64,000 nucleotides of DNA from Eutreptiella sp. 'Long Island Sound 2002'. Lineage: Eukaryota > Protista > Euglenida. Below the pieces are notes generated by a model. The model made no database searches. It saw only the letters and a list, made by a program, of their open reading frames with translations, and had not been told where the DNA came from. Position numbers and translations under genes: made by a program. Below, one piece after another: positions 1 to 13,031 of the stretch. Location: positions 183,706,001-183,770,000 of the forward strand of contig OZ038378.1 of assembly GCA_964036045.1 (NCBI GenBank), in the 5' to 3' direction. Each line of letters opens with the position of its first letter. The first letter of the stretch is position 1.

Positions 1-14
1 CCAAAGCACAGGAG

Positions 15-165
15 CCAAATAGCTACACAACCCTTGCCAAGGTCCTCAAAGTTGGGGGTTTGCAAATGGTTACACAACCCCTGCCATATTGGGGTCCCCA
101 ATGTGGGGAGAAGACGAATGGCTACATAAGCTTTACCGTGTTGGACTCCCCAAAGTGGGAAGGAG
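15..165 (+). repeat. Degenerate tandem repeat of about 50 bp
   Basis: (g)ctacacaaccc..gcc..gggtcccca..gtgggga recurs about three times. Confidence 0.6.
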
Positions 166-2657
166 AGAGAAAGAGTGTCTGAAACGCACCTCGCATGTGA
201 CATTTGATCATTGTGTGCGGTCACAGGTTCAAAAAAATCAGTTTTAGAAATTCTGAATTTTTCGCCTTTGAGGTTGAAACAGCCACACTGCTGACAAGAT
301 AAATATAGAAATCATTCCATTTTACATGTTTGGAGCGTCTGTAGGGGTTGGAATGGCTATTTTTGAAAAAGGGCCCATTTTTTTGTCCTACCCTGTTTTT
401 AGCTCTCTGTGACCCCTTGTTCGGGCCAAATACCCAATTACACCCATCCGATTTCCTTCTGTGACGTGTTGTTGTTTTTTTGAGCTCTGCACCCTCAAAG
501 TGGGGGATGGGTCCCTAGTTGCCTCCCAAAGGCCACTTGGTGGCAATACAGGGGCGTGGTATTTTGGTGGAGGTGTGCCAATTAGTATGATATGCATGAC
601 ATGCACCATCCAAAACCTCAATGTGTGCTGCAAGAATGCGCCATCTGCTTTTGTGGTTGTGAGCTGTTGTTGTCAAAAACAAGGCACACAGCAACTGCAC
701 ACCCTCCAAAAAGCATGCGCTCTTACTATCGCCGTGGTAGCATCTGCAAGTTATTCATATGTGAGCTGCAACAGGGAAAACAAAAAGCTCTACTTCACAG
801 GTTTCCATTCCAGCCAGGGTAGCAGCCAATGTGCACACTTCAAGGCGGTACGCTGTCTGGGCAATACAGGTGAATGGGTGACCTTGGGTTTGTTCATGAC
901 ACCACACAAACATGGAAACTCATGTGGGACACATGGCTCTAATTGCTGCCATTCTCTCATTTGCAAAAAGTGCCAACCAAGAATAGAAACTTCTCAGCCA
1001 AGCGCCCGGCTATTGTAGCGTGGCAAAAAAATCTAAAGATCAATAAGACCCAAACAGATGGGAAATCTAAATCTGACCAGCACTCCCAGATCTTTTGGAG
1101 TCAGGCCCTTTTCTGGTCTATGGCCACCTTGCATGACGTGTTGGCGCGCCTCAAAGCCCTTTTGCATGGGGCAGGAATAGTGTGCACGGGGAACAGTGAA
1201 AAAGCACCTTGAGGGACAACTAGCCACAAGGGGCTCATGCAACCTTCATGTCCGTGGTGTCTGTGGTCAAGACAAACAATACTACGACTCTGTATGGCCA
1301 TGCATTGTGTACTCAGAAGTCAACAAAGGATTTGCAATGTGCCAATGACTTGAGAATGGCTTGGTCGAGGGAAATGGGCCACAAGTTTCCAAATTGCACG
1401 CATCACATACTATGTCACGTTGTGGAGATTGTGCGTGTAGTGTAGCACAAAAAGCATAGTGCTTGCAGGACCTTTGCTGCCAGTATTGAAGGGGCATGGC
1501 ATTGTATTCAAGAAGTGAAGCCACAGTTTTCTGTCTAGCAGCAATCCAACGCAGGTTGCATGCACAGCCCCAGGTTTGTGGATTTTGAGGGGTGGGTAAA
1601 CAACACCCTGTTTGTCTTTGCTTGTGAGTTGCTGTAATGGTGCTGCTTTGTCCATCCAGTGCAGGTGTAGAAAGCGTCATTTTTGCATTAAACATTTTTT
1701 CCATGAAATGCTGCAATTGGATGGATTGGGAAAGTTTTGTATGCAGCTGATTGGCAAAGAGGATGCTGCACTGCAAACAATTACCTCCTTGCCACTGTGC
1801 CTTCTGCATGGTTGCAGCACGTTCTGGTTCTTGTCACAGACAAGGACCAAGGGACTCAGCATAAGCTGTGGAAGGACACAGCAAGAGGTTTTTGTCTGTG
1901 TCTTATGATTCCTCCCTGGACGATGTCTTTGCACAGTCTTCTGCTCCGTGTATTTCCCAAGGTCCAGAAATCTTTCTTTCTTCCAATTCCCGCAGCGAAT
2001 CATCCTGAATTTGCTGCTGCTGCTGCACCGACAGCTTAGAGTCTTTCGATGAAGAAGCAGTTTGACAGTCACCGGCGGGCAATTTCTTTCAATGGCGTAA
2101 GTTTTGCCACGCCGTTCTGTGTGGTATTTAGGAGAGTACAAGTGTCATGCTGCATAGATCGTCTACATTTTCCAGCCAAGCTGAATCCGATTGTGTCATT
2201 TCGTCATTTTGTGATGGGGTGGGTGCGGGGGGGGGGGGGGTGCCATCCCTGATATTTGCCATTTTCGCGTCACTTCTCGGCACATCCATGTCAAATTGGT
2301 GAATAGATTTTGTTGTGTCTGTGGTATATCCATGTTGCATCCCAGTCCATCTCTGTTATATTCTTGTCACATCACTGTCACCTCCATCAATGTCTCATTC
2401 GTGTTCCATGCCTGTCTTTTCCTTGTCATTTATATCCTAGTCATGTGCATGTCCAGTGGTTCTGCAGGGCTATCGTGTCAGGATTCCAAGATCCGGTGAT
2501 TCCATCCGCAGACATTAAAGCGGTAGTGTCCAGGAGGAGTACCGTGCCCCGTCCCAATAACAGTGCTTACGCAGCGATTTCATGACCTGTGCATTGTGGG
2601 CAGCATCTGTTGAGGGGCATAAGCGTGGCTAGTGTTGCCTCAGTGTCGCATCCGCAG

Positions 2658-2954
2658 GTCGTTACAACGGTGCGATTGGCTCTGGTCACCAGAACGTGGA
2701 CTATGATCACCATCGTGTTCAATATCGTGACCTTTGTGTCGTTCCCATTGTTCCTGTTCATATGGGGCAGCCTCCCGTACTCCTTCACCAGCGCCTTCAT
2801 CACCAACGAGGCCTGGAATGACATTTTCCCGGAGGTTTGGGTGGACTGGGCCACTTGGGGCGTGCTGTTCATCGGAGTGTTTGTGTCAATACTGCCCTTC
2901 CTGTTGATTTCGATCATCAAATATTATTTCATTGCCCCCACCATGACCGAACAG
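2658..2954 (+). CDS. Internal exon (99 codons) of a P4-type phospholipid-flippase ATPase, C-terminal TM8-TM10 region; upstream exons not found and probably outside the window
   Basis: Acceptor ccgcag|GTC and donor CAG|gtgtgc, phase 0/0. VVTTVRLALVTRTWT...FLFIWGS...WGVLFIGVFVSILPFLLISIIKYYFIAPTMTEQ resembles the P4-ATPase C-terminal signature (xLAL-T-xWT; LLP...F.PT). Confidence 0.8.
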
Positions 2955-5900
2955 GTGTGCATTCCCCTTCGTGAGCAGGGCTCAGGGGTGCTGTCGTGCT
3001 TTGTCCTCTGGAACTCCGCCCATCTGCCCCCCTGTGCCCACCCACCTACCCACTTCCTTGCCCCCTATCCCCGCCCCACCCCCGCTGAAGGATCTCCGCA
3101 CCATCATGAAGGGGGAAAGCCTGCACTTGGAAACAAAAGGCTGAAGAAGAACATGTGGCACCTGTGAGCAGTAGAAATCCCCCTCCCCCCCCCCCGCCCC
3201 AGGCCCAAGCCCCCCCCCCCCCCCACACGCACCCCAAATTTCTCCTAGGTAAGGGTCAGGGTGAGGCTCACCTCCTTATCCGATTTTGGGTGTGCCGAAT
3301 CCAAGCCTGACCGGGGGGAGTAAGTCCAGCCCCATCGAGTTGTATTAGCACTCATCCGGGTGTTGCACCAAACGGGGGGGGGGGGGTCCCGTACTCTGAG
3401 ATCTGTGAGAATTGCATTGCACAGCCAGTGGGCATGTGCTGACAGTGCGCCAAGGCGTAGCGATCCTGCCACAGCAAAAGCCTGTAAGACTCATAATACC
3501 AGGGCCATTACCAGTCGTGGCTGATAGCGCGTTGCCCAGGGAAGCCAACGCCCTTAGTCCGTATGTGAGAGGCGGAGCACAGAGGATACGCAGGGGGATT
3601 CTCATGTGAGTTGCCCCTCGTCAAGTGAACAGCCGGGAGCTGAGTCACTGATTCTCCCTCCTCCCCTTCGTAGCCTGTCGGGGGGGGGGGGGGGGCTGCG
3701 ATACTGCAGCCGTGGGTCCTGTTGCTTGCCGCCCGTCCCCACGGCCAGGGCAAGGGGGCGGGGGCACAGGCACTGCGCAGGCACACCCGCACAGCCCCTC
3801 TCTGTGCCTCCAAACCTGTGGTCCACCCCGAACCCCCGATCAAGACCATGCCCAAGGGCACTCACTACACAGGGCCCTGCGTACCTGCAGGAAGAGCAGA
3901 ATGCGTGCGTGCCAATGCAGGCCAACCCCCCCCCCCCCCCTGAAGTGTGGGGCATTGGTGTGGGCACGGTCGTGTGGCGGCCCAAAAGCTCAGTGGGATG
4001 CGCACCAGCCGCTGGGGATTTCCTCGTCAGGGAAGGGTGCAGTACTGGGCAGAGCAGAAGCACCGCTGCTAAATCAAGTGCCCAAGACTGACGGGTTTCG
4101 AGGATCCGGTGGGCCTGAACTGGCACGTTTGCTCGACAGGCCCACACACGTCCGCCCACCTGATGTGCCACAAAGGCGGTGGGTGGGTTCCGTGCAGGCT
4201 AAGTCGTTTCCGTCTCCTCAGCAGTAGAGACGTCGCATGAAGTCATTCCTGGATGAAGGGGGGGAGGGGTATTGCAGGGGGAGGGTCTCTCTGGTGGAGC
4301 TGTCTTTAGCAGCGAACAAAGCAAAGCCAGGCAATAGACCAAAAGAGCCCAATGGACTGCACGCGCGCGCGCGCACTCGCGCACACGCACTGGCTGTGCC
4401 ACATGCACCCGGTGCAGCCACCCCGTGTGTAGAACCCATGTGTCTCGGGGAGGTAGGGGTCGTATGCCCTCTGCAGACCCCCACACATGCACGTCCCCCT
4501 CACAGCCCCTCCTCCGCCGGGGACCAGGTGACTGTTCAGGGCACGGTGGATGGTGGGTGCTGCCAAATGGGGCAGAGGGGCTTGGGGTGTCGAGGGAGCC
4601 TGGGGCTTGCGGTGGCTTTGAGACTCCGCATGAGCTGCAATTTGTGCAATTCGTCGGAATGTCGTGCTGGAGGTTTTACGGGCCGCATGGGCCCGCGTAT
4701 ACGTCTGCGCACATGTTCCGTCGACCTCAGCGCGCGAGAACAACGGCAGTAGGAGAGACACACTGCGTCAGTAGGCACCCCAGTGATTGCCACCAGCGCC
4801 GTAGCTGAGCCCCCTTTGCCATCCATGATCGTGTATGTGAGCGTGTCGCCACCAGTGTACCCAGCGCTGGGCGGGTACGTGATCGTGCCATCGACATTCC
4901 ATGGCGCCGCCCCGTGCGAGGGCGGTGTGTACGAAGCTGCAGTGACTGCACGGCACGTGGCTCAACAGGTGTCGGAGTGGGAGGCCTGGATCACGACGGA
5001 GCAGGCGCGCTTGGGGCGCGTCATCCCAGAGGAGCAGTGGGCAGAGCTGCTGCCGCTCATGTTGGAGAGGGAGGAGCAGGAGGTTGTGGAGGCAGCCGCG
5101 TCCACGGTCCAGGGGAAGGCCCGCTCGGGGAATATGGACTTGACGGAGTATTTGGGCTATGGGTTTTCGGGGGCGGCAGGAGAGAATCCCGAGGTCAGTC
5201 TGGTGAGAGGTCAGTCCAGCTCCACAGTTCCCCTGCACTAGCACCCGCAAAGTCCCCCACGCCGAGCACAGCGGCGTCTCCATGTGGTCTGGCAAGGTGC
5301 TCTCCATCACAGTGACGACACCCGTACCCGCTGCTTCCTCTGTCGATTGGCCTTGCAGCCAAGTACTTCCCACGCCACCCGAACGTAACGCCAACGGCAT
5401 TCGTCCATCGTTCTGCGCATCTCCGAGTGGACTTTTTTTGTTGGCCGAATCGCCGGAGGGGCATCCGTTTGAGTGGCGCCTGGCACACCGCTTTGGGGGT
5501 TGATGTGGGTTGGGTTGCCCGAGGCGGTTCGTGGTCTGTGCCTATCGGACGAGTCCTGCCAGTGAACGGACAATTAACCGAGACGATGCCTTGAATGCAT
5601 GTCCGCTTTGTGTGCACGGATGGATCACACGGGTGGAGGGCCCCTGCCATCCCTTTTGGGACCTCAAGCTGCAGGGGCCTCCGCAATAGCTAAGCCAAAG
5701 AAGAACTACTGCTTAAGATCAGCGAAGGCTGTCGCAGTGACAACTCATTGACACCTCAGAGGAAACCATCACCTTGGGCTTTACACGTGAATGCCGTGAC
5801 AGCAGGGAGCGGCTGCACGGTGCGCCCTGTGCGCAGGGCAACAGCAACGCCACACGTGTGCTGCTGTACTCCGGAGACACGCCCGTATGCAATTTATGGT

Positions 5901-7384
5901 GCAAGTCGCGAAATAGCGCTGTATTGCTGATTCGGACAAGGTTGCCGATGGCAGAGCGCATCGTGCACGCCCAGTGCAGCTGCTCTCTCACTGAAACAAA
6001 AACTGTTGCGATCCAAAGAGAAATGTGAGACAGAATGTGATGAAACAGTGCTGCGCTAGGGATGTCTTTCGTGCTGAACTGCTACAGCAACCCCGGGTGC
6101 TCTCCCGCTCTGATGTACGTTGCCGAGTCTCTCTCGAAAGCAATCCTGACACGGGTGTGGCAGGTACAGAAAAAAAACCGCGCGAATTCCTGGCAACCCT
6201 CTGCCTTCGCATGCATCTGGCAACCCAAGCCGTGCCTCTTTGCGTGCCTCCGAAAATATTGTGGTGCTGGGCTCATGTGTTGCAATGGGATTTGGCATCA
6301 CTCATCATGTCTGCCCGACCCGCAGCCTCTTCTAAGCCCCTTGCGGTTTGGTATTTTGGTGTCCTGTAGTTGATTTCTGATGTGAGATATCTGTAGCTCG
6401 CGTTGTGCCTGTTTCATCTTGGATGCATCATGGCGAACAGGGAGCATGCGTACGGTCCTGCTCTGCGGGATATGCTGCTGGTTTGATGTCGGGTCACTGT
6501 CATTGGCAAGGGTCATCATCCCAGTCATTTCCAAGTGCAGTGGAGATGGTTCCCGTGAGGGGAGAGGCCCGGATTCACCTTGAAACTAGCATGGGAGAGA
6601 GGTTGGTGCTGCTCAGCAGGAGGGCCCTTTTAAAGGAGCTTTCGTTGATGTGGTCTGGAGATGTTTGCATTAGTATTTGGACAGGGGCATGAAAGGGATG
6701 GTCATCGACCCGCAGGCAGTCCGGGGGGGGGGGGGCTCAATTCAGCCCCAAGCGCTTGGGGAGGGTGTGTGCTAGGGGATCAATTGACGGGGGCATTGGT
6801 CAGTCACTGGGTGCTCCGCAGCCAGAAGAACGAAGAAGAACGAAAGATAGCGCAACTCATACCACTTGCACAGTGAGCGAGCAGCCCAAAGGGCATGTTG
6901 CTCAGCACCAACTGCCCACAGTCTGCAGACCAGGACGTTTATCAATGCACAAGTGTTTTGTTGTTTTTTGGGGCGAAAAAGACCTCCAGCATTGGCGACG
7001 CTCCAACCGCCGTGGGTTGGCTTTCAAGTGTCCTCCATTTGTGTGCGTAATTGATCCGACAAAGACCGTATTGGGGCGGCAATGCGGACGGTCGGAGGAC
7101 TCAGACACAGCACACAGCCCCATACTGCAGACATTGCACGCATACCACACGAAGACCATGCCCCTGGTTGTGCACTGACCCAAACGAACCCCAAAGAAAT
7201 GACTCTGCACTTAACCCATCCCTCGGTCTGGGACCTGACTGCATGGCCAAGAAGAAGCATTTGCAACCCGAGCCATAGCTGAAATTTTCAACACTCGCGT
7301 TCCCCACTTGGTCGCAATACCAAATTCTGGGAAGGTGTAAGGATCAACGGCAGGTGCAGGCGCTTATCCGAGCACTGAGCAGTT

Positions 7385-7496
7385 AATCGTAATAGGGTTA
7401 CAGTCAGCCTCAGGGTCCTAACCTCCCGAACCCTGATCTGAACCCTGGCAATGACCCTGACCCTCACCCTAAGGACCTAATTCTAACCCTAACCGT
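7385..7496 (-). repeat. Interstitial degenerate TTAGGG-like repeats
   Basis: ccctgaccctcaccctaa...taaccctaacc; a similar shorter run lies on + at 3246-3267. Confidence 0.55.
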
Positions 7497-8466
7497 ACGG
7501 AAATTTGTGTCACAGTGGATCTGAGGAGCTGACCCCAAGCCTGAATGGTATCCAGCCCCGTCCTCTTCGAACCCCTCGCCTCACTCTGCCTCCCTACCGC
7601 CCTCGGATGGCCGGCCTTCGGCCCCAGCCAGTACTCCACCCCAAAGGGCCTCAGCCAACATCTACTGTGGAGGCAAGTAACATGTCAAACCGAGGTGCCA
7701 TCATCCCCTTGGACGGGGGTTTTAGCCACATTGCACGCCGGTTCTACACCCCGACCCTGTTTTGCCGCTGTAGCGCTCCACAGATGGGACTGCAGCACAG
7801 CAGGTAAAACTGTGAAAAGGAATTTCCTTGAACAACTGCATGATATTCAATAAAAGTCATGACGACAGGAAAGTTTGAAAGCCACTTTGTGTAGTTGTGC
7901 ATTGAGCTTTATGTTGATATGCTGTGTTGGTTCACATTTGAGTGGGACTACAATAGGGTGTTGTTGATACAGTGGTTTGGGTTTGGGTGGCCATCTGCAG
8001 ACATGGTGGCGCGGGGCTTCGCCTAAGCAGGTATGCTGTGAGCCGGATCTGAGACCGAGGCGGTCATGTTGGGACAATGAAGGTCGCAGGAGGAGGAGTG
8101 CTATGCCTCCAATCTGACACTTAGGGACAACTTTGTAAATATCACAGCGGGAATAGGTATGCAGGTATATTGAGATTAGATTTGAATTGGTTGTTGTGAT
8201 TTTCCACCATTTGGCCCATTAATCATGCCCCATGGCATGAAGCGCATCCCCGTTAGGATCATTTTCAGTGGCCTGTACAACACCTTTGGCCAACAGAGCT
8301 GCCTTGACACAAAATATGAACTTTGTGCATCTCAAAACCGAGGTATCAGGAAGCACACATGGCACACAGTAGAACGAATTGAAAAACACACCACCAAAAT
8401 CAACGGTGCAAAAATTGACGGAACCAACGCCTAGTGTTGCTTGGACATAGGCATTTCTTTGACAAG

Positions 8467-8690
8467 GGGGGGTTGGGTTGGGTTGGGTCAAGGCCTCGCA
8501 TGGTCGCCAACCCACGGTCCGCACCGCCTTCCCTGCAGGACCCGACTGGGCGGCCGTACCCGGGTGTCCGGTCACAAGGCCTACCAGACTGTTGACCGCC
8601 CCCAGACCCTGCGGTGGCGCTCGCGGGCGGGAGATGCCGCCGTGCCTGTGTGTATGTGCCCTTGTGTGTCGGGGGGGGGGGGGGTGGCAC
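8467..8690 (+). repeat. Dispersed repeat module starting with (GGGTT)3; a homologous copy lies inverted at about 19620-19837
   Basis: Shared blocks such as cacatacacacaggcacggcgg and gcccagtcg, and a terminal ccaa(c/a)ccaa run, in diverged copies. Confidence 0.7.
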
Positions 8691-9094
8691 ACCTGCCTGC
8701 TCCATTGTTGTTCGGCGTTGGTGCACATGGCGCGGGGAAGCGTGTGCCTGTGCTCCAGGCCCCGGCAAGGAGGCTAGAGAGCCTGACGTTGAGCCCGCCG
8801 GGGGAGATGTGGGCCTGGGCTCGCAACCTCCACGTCACAAGGACAAGCTACCCAATCGCTCCACGACTGCCTGTTGGCACGGGAAGGCGGCGGTACGTGG
8901 CGTGACTGGGGTCAGACCCGCACTCCTTGACTGCCTTCAGCACAGGTGGTGCTGCCACGTGGGCTGGGTCTGGCTCCCCACGGCCAAGTGGTGGAGGGGC
9001 CCAGGGCGCAGAGTGCTTCCCTGCCCTGGGTGCCACCAGTGCTAGCTGCACAGGCTGCGGCGCTACAGCCCGCGTAGATGAGGGGGGCCAGAGG

Positions 9095-11730
9095 ACACCA
9101 CACCCCAATGGCCTCTCCGTTGGACAAGGGGGTGGGGGGGGGCACCCCAAGTCAGGGGGATTAACAAGCAGGCCGCATGGTGGAAGTACCACAAGGGGCG
9201 TTCTGGGGGTTGAGCCTTGGAGGGACGGTGCCAGCACACAAAGCAGACATTGCCCCGCCACCAGCCGGAGCAGTCAAGGGAAGACAGCGAAGTGGTCCGC
9301 AGATATGTCCAGCAAATGAGACAGGGGACGGGACCACAATCGTACGGAGGTTGGCCCGAAATTGTGATCTTTACGCAATTGGAAGGGGTGCACATTGGTG
9401 TGTACACAAGGGACAAAATGGCACGGAAAAGCCCATTGTACAAGGCGCAGGAGGCGGGGTTGCCCACGGCCACCAAGAAAGTGATGTTGCGGTGGGGTGA
9501 GACAGCACGTGGAGCACCCCATTTTTGGGATACCCTACTGCCGGGGGTGGCATCGCAATTGCGCCAGGCAGCAGGCCGGCGTAAAGTGATGAGATAGGGC
9601 ACAGGGCAGTTAGAAGATGAGCTCCCGGAGACGGCGACGATCTTTGAGACGCCACTAGATGGATTGTGCCTATTCCACGCTCTGGCGAGAGTGTGGAACG
9701 AAATGCACCCACAAGAGACGCGACAGACGGGCCAAGGGATGAAGCGCAATTTGCTGGAAAAGATGGAGGACACCCCAAACCGGACAATGGAGGGACAGAC
9801 ACTTGCGCAGATTATCAAAGAGGATGGGTGGGCAGAAGCACAAGAGGAGGGCCAAAGGCAAGGGACACAGCAAACTCAGCAAACACCGGAGACGACACAA
9901 AAAGACGGCAACACAAGGCGATGCAATGCGAAATTATGCAGTGCACCAAGGGCACAACCACGATACACATGTCATGGGTGTGGCACATGGAACCGCAGGC
10001 AGTGCGCGCTGCCGGGCGGAGATGGAGGACAATTAGGAGTGTGGTTGTGTGTGCAATGCCGCATGTGGAAGGCGGACTTTATGTCAGTGGGGACAGTGCC
10101 GGGAAAAGGACGTGTGGAGTGCCTAGTCTGTGGAGACGACGTGAAGACCGCTGGGAAGTACTGCGCAACGCCAAACAATGTATCTGTGGGGGCATAGTGC
10201 ATAGTAGGTGCGTCAATGAAAACACAGGGGCATTGTGTGAGTGCAACCTCCCGCAGGTGCTTGTACACAGGTTCCAAAAGTGGCAGAAGAGCCAGGACCA
10301 CGCCACCGGACAACGAAGGGCAGCAATAGTGAAACAGAAACAGGAGCAAGTGGCGGCCCAAGACAAGTGGCAGCCAGGAACAAAAGTTTGGCGCACAGGG
10401 CTGCGGAGGGCAGAACTGAATGGAGCAGATGGGAGTGTCCAAGGGGAGGAGAATGGCCGGGTTCTAGAGCAACTGGACCACCAAAAGGGAGGCAGAACAA
10501 TGGCAATCCCCCACGACCACTTGAGCGGCCTGCCCCTAGGTAATGGCAATAGTAGGGCAGTCAGGAGCAAGCTAGTAGCCCGCAAACAAGGAGAGCAAGA
10601 GCACAAAGGCATGACAGAGCGCCAGTCACGCCACCTGCAGCAACCCCCCACGTGGAGGCGGCCGTGTTAACATTGGTAGCAGGCGCAGCGGTAGTGGTGG
10701 TGGCTAGCATAGGGCACCTTGTGACAGGATCAGCACTGCGTCTGCAAGGGCTGCAGGTGGAATTCAACGCATGTGAGGCCATGGTGGTGGGGCATGACGG
10801 CTTCAGATTGCAAGTGCGCGTAACAAAGGGGCCACAGCACACACAAGGGAGGGAAATTGGCGTAAAGAGAGCGAACGTCGTCTGAGTGGAGAGGCCAACA
10901 ACAAACATGGCCCCCCAGCCACAGCCCCCGCACAAGCCCCAGCCGGTGGGGGCCAACCAACCAACAGTCCCACACACCGTTGATCCCCAACAGTCCCACA
11001 CACCGGAGGACAAGACCCAGTCGCGGACATGCCAGACACACTGCCACGGAACTGGTACCAAGTGCTCGGAGTGCGGTACCCTAGGGCCACAACAGAGGAA
11101 ATAAAGCGGGCATACAAGCAGCTCGGTGTCAAGCTACACCCAAACAAAAACGCGCACTACAAGGAGAAGGCTGAGGGACTATTCAAACAAATAGGGAAGG
11201 CAAAGGACGGACTGCGAGACACAGTGGCCCGAAGACGGCATGACGCCGACATACAAAGAGGGGACAGGCGCCAACAACGGGAGGTACGCCACTGCAATAG
11301 GGGAGCTGCGACACACGACCCCGGATAGGAGGGCAGAAGGCCGAGGGAACCAAACACGCTGATAATGCAACAACGCTTTGCATACGTGACCGTGGACTTC
11401 ATGGAAGCACAATACACAAGTATAGTACGGGCCCGCGAGTGGCAACTAGCCTGCACGCCGTTGCCCAACGTGACCAGGGGTGAGGTGTGGTATCTCATAT
11501 GCCCAGGACTCACGATGCCGGTGGTCCGGGTGCACATCGTGGCCGTTGGTGTGTATACCCCACAGTGTAGCTGCCACCCACATGGGTTGTGCTACACACA
11601 TGGAGATTGACGACCGGTTGTGCACATAGACGGGGACCTACCAGGAGAGAACATCCTGGTCTCACACCCGGGCAGATTGCCGCCCACTAATCGCCGAGCG
11701 CAGTTAGTCGCGGCAGCCTCCCGGAGGCGT
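9095..11730 (+). pseudogene. Decayed intronless multidomain ORF: OTU-like protease motifs, two PHD-like fingers, two SH3-like modules, a J-domain and an unknown domain; probably from a mobile element
   Basis: YVQQMR..YGGWPEI..PHFW (9304-9525); DGLCLFHALA (9658-9687); Cys/His fingers (about 9920-10250); GLRRAELNG..GRV and RLQGL..FN..RLQVRV modules (about 10370-10885); NWYQVLGV..EIKRAYKQL..LHPNK (about 11050-11260). In-frame stops and at least three frame changes. Confidence 0.7.
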
Positions 11731-11734
11731 TGAG

Positions 11735-12700
11735 GGGTTCAGCACAACACCCAGGCACACAGATCCGACAGAATGCAGCACAGTGCAGTGCAACGCACAT
11801 TAGAATAGCACGGGGCAACACGACACCCAAGCACACAGAGCTGACAGAGGCGCACAAAGGAGATTAGCACACAAACCTCTTCCCGGGGGCTCGGATTCGG
11901 CCCCGCCAATGGGTGGGCGGCCCTATCCAAGCACTTCGGAGGTTACCCGGATCCAGCCCCGACGGGAAGAGTGGCCCTGCCCGGGTAGCCGCGGCCGCCA
12001 CGACTCATGGAGGCAGCGCAGCACACAACGCAGCGCAGCACGCCAGAGCTAGCAGAGGCACACGGCGAAACTTGCCAGCACACGAAAGCATGCAGCACAC
12101 AGTATAGCAGAACAAAGCAAAGCAGTGTACCACAACAATGGCGGCGGACAGCCACACCACCTGCCGCAAGCACCAACACCAGCCCAACACCCAACGCCCA
12201 GGTTGGGGGCCAGACCCACCACACGGGCACTTCACCCATGCACAGCCACCGCCGCCCGCAAACAAGGCACGCGCGCAAGCCTCAAAGGCAAGCCCCAGGG
12301 CTCGGAGTCGGCCCCGCCAATGAGTGGGCGGCCCTATCCAAGCGCTTCGGAGGTTACCCGAACTCGGCCGGGGAGCAACCCTGCCCGGGTAGCCACGGCC
12401 GCCACACCTCACAGAGGCAGCGTAGCGCACAACACGGAGACCGCATAGCACACAACGCAGCGCACCGGACCAAAGCCGGTAGAGGCACACAATGAAACGC
12501 GCCGGCACATAGTAGAGCAGAGCAAAGCAAAGCAAAGTGTACCGCAACAACAGCGACGGACAGCCACACCACCCGCCGCGAGCACCAACGCCAGCCCAAC
12601 ACCCAACACCTAGGGGGGGGGGGAGACCCACCACACGGGCACTTCACCCATGCACAGCCACCGCCGCCCACAAACAAGGCACACACGTGGAGCATCACCA
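11735..12700. repeat. About 2.3 degenerate tandem copies of a 411-bp unit
   Basis: gggctcgga.tcggccccgccaatg at 11887 and 12298; acgggcacttcacccatgcacagcc at about 12223 and 12634. Confidence 0.85.
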
Positions 12701-13031
12701 AGGGCCCACGACCCCACGCCCCAACGCCAACACGGCGCCCACCACACACGCAACAACCAAGGCCACACTTACACACAACATAGAAGGGATGCTTCCCTGA
12801 TGCACTCCCGGGAGCCATCACCATCCCGACCACACCGGGAGGAGAAGGCAACCCAAACCTAAGTAAGGGGGTCGCCCATGCGGGGGGCAGCCGGCTACGC
12901 GGTTTTCCATTGGGCAGCGGCCTAAAACATGTACAGCCCGCAAGTAGCTAAGTTCTGTCACCAGGGCCTAGTGCGGGGGCCTTGGGCACGCTTATGAGAC
13001 ACAGCGTGCAAACCATTGGTGGTCACTGCAC

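Noticed and set aside
2589-3167. 192-aa ORF as a complete membrane-protein gene
   Set aside because: Only 2658-2954 is protein-like and bounded by AG and GT; the flanks are intron read-through.
4783-5241. 152-aa ORF with protein-like composition
   Set aside because: No recognisable family, and no splice connection to the P4-ATPase exon could be established. It is probably repeat-derived.
6822-6874. Possible last exon of the P4-ATPase (QKNEEERKIAQLIPLAQ*)
   Set aside because: It starts in phase 2 while the known exon ends in phase 0, and no bridging exon was found.
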